Part shown: positions 1 through 6,581 of the stretch, piece by piece | How the letters are laid out: each line of letters opens with the position of its first letter | Numbering within the stretch: the first letter of the stretch is position 1 | Source: an uncultured Nitrososphaerota archaeon | Lineage (GTDB): Archaea; Asgardarchaeota; Njordarchaeia; Njordarchaeales; Njordarchaeaceae | Direction of reading: 5' to 3' | Length of the DNA: 12,414 nucleotides | NCBI GenBank assembly: GCA_964518475.1 | Contig: CAZFGR010000038.1 | Location: forward strand, 1-12,414 | The notes under the pieces: model-generated | Seen by the model: the letters and a program-made list of their open reading frames with translations, nothing else | Told to the model about the DNA's origin: nothing | The model's database searches: none | Program-made: the position numbers and the translations under genes

Positions 1-1
1 G

Positions 2-310
2 GTTGCGTGCCGTGGCATTTCACCGGACGCGGCTCTGGAGTACTGGCGGAGGTGGGGCGTTGAGACGTGCAACCGGATGATTAAGATGTGGAGGGCGCGG
101 ACGTGCTCGCATAGCATTACGCTCAGGTGGTTTTTGCTACTTGTCTCCGCCATGATATATCTCTCGTACGTTTACTTGGTTTCGCGGTGCGCTTCTGCCT
201 CGGGTGGGCACATGCGCTTTCTCAACGCGCTGTGGTCGTTTCTCTCCTGGTGGGTGGCTGATGCGGGTTTGCTTCCGCCCGGCGTTTCGGGTATATGCGG
301 TAGCGCTTAG
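2..310 (+). CDS. DDE transposase, C-terminal fragment (IS4 superfamily, ISH3-like); 5'-partial
   Basis: The frame of the 77..310 ORF is open back to base 2: VACRGISPDAALEYWRRWGVETCNRMIKMWRARTCSHSITLRWFLLLVSAMIYLSYV. It contains the Y-x2-R-W-x-V-E-x6-K (YREK) signature followed by a RART-S segment and a hydrophobic helix typical of ISH3-type transposases. Confidence 0.85.
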   Translation, partial: VACRGISPDAALEYWRRWGVETCNRMIKMWRARTCSHSITLRWFLLLVSAMIYLSYVYLVSRCASASGGHMRFLNALWSFLSWWVADAGLLPPGVSGICGSA

Positions 311-314
311 TGTT

Positions 315-390
315 GCGCCCGCCGGTGCGCGTTTCGCCTGTGTGGAGTTGTGGCGGCCTCTCATACTGTTAAGTGCCGGCGGGCGCCCGC
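315..390. repeat. GC-rich inverted repeat and palindrome in the IS 3' non-coding region
   Basis: GCGCCCGCCGG (315-325) is the exact reverse complement of CCGGCGGGCGC (376-386). GCGGGCGCCCGC (379-390) is a perfect 12-bp palindrome. Confidence 0.85.
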
Positions 391-446
391 ATAAACCTAT
401 CGCCTTCTGAAAAATTATTAGAACTTCCAAATGGTACTTAGTGCCT

Positions 447-472
447 AAAAAATCCTATGTTAAAAATATAGG
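447..472 (-). terminator. Putative terminator of the five-gene operon
   Basis: Directly after the stop at 474 the minus strand reads CCTAT-ATTTTTAAC-ATAGG-A-TTTTTT: a 5-bp stem and two T tracts, consistent with archaeal oligo-U termination. Confidence 0.5.
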
Positions 473-473
473 T

Positions 474-2486
474 TCAACGCTGACTTCTTTGCACCTCTAA
501 TAACTTATCAATCAACTCTCCTATCTCAATTTTAATCGAAATGCTATCCCTTTCTGCAATTTCCTCAATGTTAAATCCTATGTATTTTTCAAAAGTTTTC
601 CTCAAAACGTCAAATATTCTTTTATCATTCTCCGGTATGATTTCCTCCTCATAAAACTCATCCTTCTCCTCAACATACTTTCTTAGTTCGCGTATCATTA
701 ACTTCCTTAACAGAACTCCTAGCGATAACGATAGCAGATCCCTTCCACTTAATTTTTTAAGCTTATCCTTTAGCGCACGTTTTTCGTAGTCTACAACTCT
801 ATCAATAAGTTCCTTCAAAAGATAATCTTTTAACTTACCCAGCAGATTTCTCTTAAAATCTTCCTCGATACCTAATGCTTCCTTGGAAATTTCAACTAAG
901 TTTTCTCTTTCGGCTATTTTTCTTGATAATTTGAGAAGTTTCTTCTCAATGTTATCACATATGTCTCTTAACTCTTTTATTTTCTCCGTTCTTTCTCTTT
1001 TGCACATTATCTTCTCTACTATTTCGCCATTTATCCTCTCGATAAGCTTATACAAATCTCCTTCTTTTACGTAATATCGATCCCAAAGCCCCTTAAAGAT
1101 GTCATTTAAGATAGATTCTAAAGTTTTTAAAGCGCTCATTAAGCCCTTGATAACATTTTTATTTACACTATCTTTCGATAAAATATTTTTAATTTTATTT
1201 AAGCTCCTAAATATCTGATCCTCAATCTTTATTACCTTATAGAAGTTTGAATTTATCTTTCTTAACTCGTCTACACAATCCTTTAGAAGACTCCTTAGGC
1301 GATCTCCAAATTCTTTCAAAGCCTTCTCTTTAATTTTCTTTTCCTTTTCCAAGAGTTCGCGCTCTACCTTAGTAGGCTCATTGGTGTTTAACATTTCTTT
1401 AAAGTAGCTATCTGAATCTCTTATCTCTTTAATGCGCTCCCTATCCTTTTCAAGTTCTCCTTTTAGCTCTTCAAGATGGTTCTTATGGTCTTCCGCCACT
1501 TTCTCTCTTAAAAGCGTTCTACTTATTTTCTCAGAAATGGAGTCTTTCACATTATCGATTTCGCTAACAATATTACTAATATTGTCTCTCAAACTCTCAC
1601 AGTATTCTTTAAACCATGATTTTAACCCCTTACCATCATTATAATTAAGAAACGCGCAAGTCTCCTTAACGAGATTAAAGAGTTTATCCGGTGAACTGCA
1701 AATTTCTTTAAATTTCTCTCTATCGGTAAATCCGTTAATTACTATGTCAGCAGACTCTTGCAAATCTTTATCCCTGCTTAACAGTCTCGATATTAAACTT
1801 TCGTTATTTTCCCGCTTTTTGTTTATGTTCTCTAATATCTTGTCTATTGTGTTACCATTTACTAGAAGATTACTTAATTTGCTAAGATACGTGTTAAAGT
1901 CTCGTAAATCTTTGTCTCCAAAATTATAATTCTTCATTATGTTTTCGAGATCTGGTATTTGTCGATTTAACATTTCATCAAGAGAAGATATCATATCCTC
2001 AAATCTTTTGTCTCCTATAAATACACTCAAATTGATGTACATCGATAGCAACTGGCAGAAAGACTTTTGGTACTCAGAAATCCTGCTAATAATGTTATTT
2101 TCTATATGCTCAGGAAATTTCCTCAAATTTTTTATAAGCTTATTCTTATTGTCGACTTCTATTATTTTTTTCTCAATTAGGTTTCGAAATATTTCCTGAT
2201 AATATGTCTTTAATTTCTTAGAGAAATTTAGTGCGAAGTTTTTCCAGATATTACTATCATCTCTTGACATCTTAAAAATAGTTTTTCTATTGTTGATTAT
2301 CTTATCAACATTACCTAAAATTTTATTTTGTTTCGGATCTTGACTTGCCAAACTCGCGAACTTTACTTTTAATTCTTTCAGTATACTAAACACCTTCTCT
2401 CTGTATTCCTGATCCGACGACAATTGAATAAAGGGGTCTTTCAATTTTTGCTTTAAGTTTTCCTTAATTTTCTTAAAGTCCAGCAT
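474..2486 (-). CDS. 670-aa helical/coiled-coil protein, function unknown (operon gene 5)
   Basis: Long intact ORF, K/E/L/I-rich with heptad-like stretches (e.g. LEELKGELEKDRERIKEI, IKELRDICDNIEKKLLKLSRKI). AGGTGA RBS at 2498-2493. No Walker motifs or clear transmembrane segment seen. Confidence 0.9.
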   Translation of the reverse strand: MLDFKKIKENLKQKLKDPFIQLSSDQEYREKVFSILKELKVKFASLASQDPKQNKILGNVDKIINNRKTIFKMSRDDSNIWKNFALNFSKKLKTYYQEIFRNLIEKKIIEVDNKNKLIKNLRKFPEHIENNIISRISEYQKSFCQLLSMYINLSVFIGDKRFEDMISSLDEMLNRQIPDLENIMKNYNFGDKDLRDFNTYLSKLSNLLVNGNTIDKILENINKKRENNESLISRLLSRDKDLQESADIVINGFTDREKFKEICSSPDKLFNLVKETCAFLNYNDGKGLKSWFKEYCESLRDNISNIVSEIDNVKDSISEKISRTLLREKVAEDHKNHLEELKGELEKDRERIKEIRDSDSYFKEMLNTNEPTKVERELLEKEKKIKEKALKEFGDRLRSLLKDCVDELRKINSNFYKVIKIEDQIFRSLNKIKNILSKDSVNKNVIKGLMSALKTLESILNDIFKGLWDRYYVKEGDLYKLIERINGEIVEKIMCKRERTEKIKELRDICDNIEKKLLKLSRKIAERENLVEISKEALGIEEDFKRNLLGKLKDYLLKELIDRVVDYEKRALKDKLKKLSGRDLLSLSLGVLLRKLMIRELRKYVEEKDEFYEEEIIPENDKRIFDVLRKTFEKYIGFNIEEIAERDSISIKIEIGELIDKLLEVQRSQR

Positions 2487-2496
2487 GAAGCTTCAC

Positions 2497-2826
2497 CTAA
2501 ATACTTAAAATATCTGAAATAAGAGAAATGAAGTCTTCAATAACTCTATCTTCCAAGTATTCTAACAGTTTTTTAATACTGTTCCTTATGCTTTCAAATG
2601 TCGACTTATTTTTGTTAATGCCTTCTATTGCATTAATAACCAATTCGAAGATTTCAATAGCGCTTGCTTTGACGGGGAATTCCTTTACAAGATTACTACT
2701 GGAGTTAAGCTTTTCTATTTCTTTATAAGCCTTTTCAAGATCTTTTTTAAACTCATTAATGTTTTTTTCCAGATCTTTCATTATGTCTGGCAATGAAAAT
2801 GATTTTCCCTTTTTGGCAAGACTCAT
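2497..2826 (-). CDS. 109-aa small helical protein, function unknown (operon gene 4)
   Basis: ATGA start/stop overlap with the ATPase gene at 2823-2826 and an AGGAGG RBS upstream. Amphipathic helices, with KDLEK repeated at 11-residue spacing. Confidence 0.85.
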   Translation of the reverse strand: MSLAKKGKSFSLPDIMKDLEKNINEFKKDLEKAYKEIEKLNSSSNLVKEFPVKASAIEIFELVINAIEGINKNKSTFESIRNSIKKLLEYLEDRVIEDFISLISDILSI

Positions 2827-5800
2827 ACATACGCATCCTCCTTAAGATGTTCTACAAGATCCTCTAGTAACTTACACAAGTTATCTAGTTTCTTTCTCAC
2901 TTCTCTGTTCTTACTATAAAAGTCGTAATAGTATTTAACTAGACTGTTAAGAGCATTATTAAACTGCACTAAGTGATCACATGTGATATTTTGAATATTC
3001 CTGCTAACGCTTTTAGTATCTATGGAGAAGAACTTAAATGCCAATTTTAACACCAGGCGACGTTCCTTAATTATCTCGCAGAATTCGTTAATGCTCTTTA
3101 CTCTTTCTTCGATACTCTTCAAATAATGGTCTACATTATCAAAATGCTTCTTTAATGCATATATTATTCTAAGAGGAAGAAGGTAACACAGATTACTCTT
3201 GTTTTTATAATTAGACAAATATTTCTGCACATTCTTAAAAACTTCTCCTAATATGTTCATGAATTCTTGGTATTTTTTCAGTTCTCTTATTAATTTTTTA
3301 GGTTTAATGAATTTGTCTTCTGTATCTAATATATCTCCTAAAATTGCCGGTATTTCTTTTTCATTACTTAACCTTTCTTGCAGGTCCTTTATTTCTTGAC
3401 TTTTGCAAAATAGTTGTTGATATCTATCATCAGAAAAAGTTTTACTCACTACTTCTAAAATTTCATCTTTTTTGTATATGACGTTCTTTGTGATAATATT
3501 ACTGACCTCTTTTAGAAAATCGCAGAGTTCGTCGGCATTTCTGAATTTAAGGCCAAAATGCCCATACAGATAGCGCATTAATCTATGGATGTCCTCGTAG
3601 TTTTTGCATAAGGATACTAATACTTCTTCATCCTCCAGTAACCCAAGGGTAATCAATTTCATCGAGTCAATAGAGTTCTTGTAATCTTCAATTCTCACCT
3701 TAATTTCTGAGTCTCCTTTCAATTTGTTCAAAACACCGGTGATATCAACAATGTTAAGTCCTTCCTTAATACCTTCTGGAAGTGAGTTTTTCTCAAATTC
3801 GTTTAAACTAATTAAATGTCCAATAAATTTGTCTAAATCATTTAAGTTATTTGAAAATTTATTCTTTGAACATATCTCGTATAAACAGCTGGATAATAAT
3901 AGTACCTTAAATTCGTCCTTATTTATTCCGATTTCTTCGGTTTCTCTCAACACCTCCTCTACATCACCTACTGATCTCTCCAGTAAGCGCTTACACGAAC
4001 TAGCTTTTTCTGATGAATCTTTTAGTACATCCTCCATATCTTCGTCCTTTCTAAAACTTCTCTCGATTTCTGACAGGAGTTTTTCACTGATGGCATTTAT
4101 AAAGTAGATGTATTTTCGATATTCTACGATATTTTTCTTCTCTTCTCTTAGGAAATTCTTAAACTTATCTTCATCGGATATACGTTCACCAACACTTACA
4201 TATAACATTATTAGCACTTTCACTAAGGAAGTTAGATATTCTCTCAGTCTTGCCTCCTCTAATGTTATAAGCGGTATAATTGGTACTTTCTCTGTCACTA
4301 ATAACTCATATAAATCACGTAAAACTGGTGGCAACTTTTTTACACATTCTTCCAAGATATCACTAACATTATTCCTAATATTCGCTTTTTCTTCGTTATC
4401 GGAAAGATTTATGGGTATAATAACGAGCCTTGCGAAACTTTGATCATTTTCTGTTACTTTTCCTATTTGATCTCTGAGAAAGTTCATTAATACACAGTAG
4501 GACTCCTTCATACTATCACTCTTAAATGGGAAGATTATTAAGCTCACTCCACCGAGTTTCTTGTACAATGGATGTTCTTTTAACGATTTTAAGTTATTAA
4601 AGAAATTGCTTAGATACGAGATAACTTTCCTTAAAGTATCTTTATTATCAAAAATCTCCTTGATGTTAACATTAAGTTCTATTGAAATTTTTGGCGAGAA
4701 GATTGGTGAAGGGAATAATTCAACTATTAGTTTAGGAGTAGGAAATACTACTAGTGCTTCTCCTTCTTCTAAGCACTCTTGAAGTGATTCTTTAGAAAGA
4801 TGGTACCGTAATAAAATCTCTCTCAGCTCTCTTCTATAATTGCCTTCCTTAAGATTCTCAGATAATCTATAAATTTTGCTAACACCTTCTCTAACGTTTT
4901 CACTGGTAAAATACTCTTCTAGAAGACTATTAGCCACGTACTCTAATAAGTATCCAAGTTGTGCAGGTGATAATTTTGGCAGAAACCGTTTTCCTCCCTC
5001 CAATTTTATCGTAAACGGTCTTAATAGTATTTTAAGTTTAGTATTAAAATCGAAAATCTCCTCTTCGAATTTTATACCATTATTAGTGAGAAACTTCTCC
5101 AAGACATCAGTAAAGGTATCCTCGTTCTGAATGAACTCCTTTATATAGTTCTTTGGGAATACAGCTATATAGGCCTTACTTTTATGATTTTTACTTTCAT
5201 CTTCCTTCATTCCTATTTTTACTAAACTTCTCGCTATCGAATCTCCAATCCTTCCATTCTCCTTTATCTCTTTTAATAAATTCGTATATAGATGCGAGAT
5301 TGTCTCGGTTAGGAGATCTTTTTCACTATTTTTAAAATGTGATTCCATTATTATCGGACTGCACTTTAAAATTAAGAGAAGTATCAATGGTTTAAGCTTT
5401 TTATCAACTTGTTGTAGACATTCATGAATTGGAGTGTAATTAAGTACTGAGGACAATCGTTTGCACATATTTGTCACATAATCTCCTAACCTATTATAGA
5501 CATATAGGATTCTATCTTGATCGCTATCTAAAAGTTCCTTTATATAGTCGATTACTCCTTTTTTTGATCGTTCTCCTTTTAATTGCTCGTAAATCTCCGG
5601 TATCCAACCTATCCTTCCTTTTGTCGCAAAGTACAGGAAATTCTTGAATGACTTGATGTCCGAATTTTCCCGATAAAAAACTTTTTTACCCAAAAAATCT
5701 TCAAATTCATCATAATCTAGAGGCTTTAAGGATACTTCTAACGGTCCTCGTCGCTGAGCGGCTCCCATATCTACAGTTTCGATATAACCAGCTTTACTTA

Positions 5801-6581
5801 ATAACTCTGAGTAGCTTATAAAGGACGATGCAAGGAATATAAGAATGTTCTCCATACCTTCTAAAGGTTTCCTTCCTAAGAGAGCATCAATTATTCTTCT
5901 AATAGCGCTTTTCTCCTTCTCTTCATATTCTTCGTATTTACGCATGAACTCTTCCATTTCATCCACTGCTAATATAAACTTATTGCTTTCCATATTCTCT
6001 AATAATGTGTTCACATATCTTTTGAAGGATCTATCATCCGGATATTTATCAAACAAAGACCCCAAAAACTCTTTTAAATATTCCTTGATCGAAATGTTAC
6101 TCCTATCAGGCTTAGGTAGCCAATACCTTCTCTGAAATTCCTCTCTGCTCTCTATTCTCCACATTTCATCACTTAGAATGTTACTTAAGATATTCCCTTT
6201 TAGCAATTTTGCCTTTTCTTCTAGAAGTTTCCTTAAAATTCTTGTTACATCCTCTTCTTTGACATCCAACTCTCCTAGCTCTTCATGTATTTTCTCTATC
6301 AACGTATCTACTAACGTAACTAAGTCAACGTAAAATGATGGTATTCTCTCATTTAATCCGCTTCTAATGATCTCGTAAAGTAATGTTGTTTTACCAGTTC
6401 CATAGAATCCAACTATATACGTAACTGGAACTGGTCTTCCCTCGATCAAACTATTTATCTCCTCTTCTATGAGACTTTTTATCCTTTCCAGCTCTTTCGT
6501 TAAAGGTAACCATCTTGTTTTATGGGTAGGAACTTTTTCTATACTTGTACTCTTTGATCTTATAACTAAATCCTCGCTCAT
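2823..6581 (-). CDS. 1252-aa P-loop NTPase (AAA+/STAND-like, loosely BrxC/BrxD-like) with long helical C-terminus (operon gene 3)
   Basis: Walker A GFYGTGKT (aa 58-65, nt 6410-6387), Walker B FILAVDEMEE (aa 202-211), sensor-like strand ILIFLASS, candidate arginine finger AAQRRG (R277-R278), LKPLDYDEFEDFL, and a lid-like FATKGRIGW motif. ATGA overlap with the upstream gene at 6578-6581. Confidence 0.9.
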   Translation of the reverse strand: MSEDLVIRSKSTSIEKVPTHKTRWLPLTKELERIKSLIEEEINSLIEGRPVPVTYIVGFYGTGKTTLLYEIIRSGLNERIPSFYVDLVTLVDTLIEKIHEELGELDVKEEDVTRILRKLLEEKAKLLKGNILSNILSDEMWRIESREEFQRRYWLPKPDRSNISIKEYLKEFLGSLFDKYPDDRSFKRYVNTLLENMESNKFILAVDEMEEFMRKYEEYEEKEKSAIRRIIDALLGRKPLEGMENILIFLASSFISYSELLSKAGYIETVDMGAAQRRGPLEVSLKPLDYDEFEDFLGKKVFYRENSDIKSFKNFLYFATKGRIGWIPEIYEQLKGERSKKGVIDYIKELLDSDQDRILYVYNRLGDYVTNMCKRLSSVLNYTPIHECLQQVDKKLKPLILLLILKCSPIIMESHFKNSEKDLLTETISHLYTNLLKEIKENGRIGDSIARSLVKIGMKEDESKNHKSKAYIAVFPKNYIKEFIQNEDTFTDVLEKFLTNNGIKFEEEIFDFNTKLKILLRPFTIKLEGGKRFLPKLSPAQLGYLLEYVANSLLEEYFTSENVREGVSKIYRLSENLKEGNYRRELREILLRYHLSKESLQECLEEGEALVVFPTPKLIVELFPSPIFSPKISIELNVNIKEIFDNKDTLRKVISYLSNFFNNLKSLKEHPLYKKLGGVSLIIFPFKSDSMKESYCVLMNFLRDQIGKVTENDQSFARLVIIPINLSDNEEKANIRNNVSDILEECVKKLPPVLRDLYELLVTEKVPIIPLITLEEARLREYLTSLVKVLIMLYVSVGERISDEDKFKNFLREEKKNIVEYRKYIYFINAISEKLLSEIERSFRKDEDMEDVLKDSSEKASSCKRLLERSVGDVEEVLRETEEIGINKDEFKVLLLSSCLYEICSKNKFSNNLNDLDKFIGHLISLNEFEKNSLPEGIKEGLNIVDITGVLNKLKGDSEIKVRIEDYKNSIDSMKLITLGLLEDEEVLVSLCKNYEDIHRLMRYLYGHFGLKFRNADELCDFLKEVSNIITKNVIYKKDEILEVVSKTFSDDRYQQLFCKSQEIKDLQERLSNEKEIPAILGDILDTEDKFIKPKKLIRELKKYQEFMNILGEVFKNVQKYLSNYKNKSNLCYLLPLRIIYALKKHFDNVDHYLKSIEERVKSINEFCEIIKERRLVLKLAFKFFSIDTKSVSRNIQNITCDHLVQFNNALNSLVKYYYDFYSKNREVRKKLDNLCKLLEDLVEHLKEDAYV

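Larger units (their letters stand above)
1..439 (+). mobile_element. Right-hand part of an IS4-like, probably ISH3-family, insertion sequence (truncated by the window start)
   Basis: GC-rich block (40/60 G+C at 301-360) carrying a DDE transposase C-terminus. Candidate terminal repeat ...CCAAATGGTACTT ends at 439; its reverse complement AAGTACC resembles the CAGTACC end I recall for ISH3. The left end and target duplication are outside the window, so the boundary is approximate. Confidence 0.7.

Noticed and set aside
137-430. ORFs 137..430 (-) and 204..410 (+)
   Set aside because: Alternative frames in GC-rich IS DNA that overlap the frame carrying the YREK transposase motif.
474-2486. Calling the 670-aa protein SMC or Rad50
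   Set aside because: It has coiled-coil composition only, with no Walker A/B, hinge or CxxC zinc hook.
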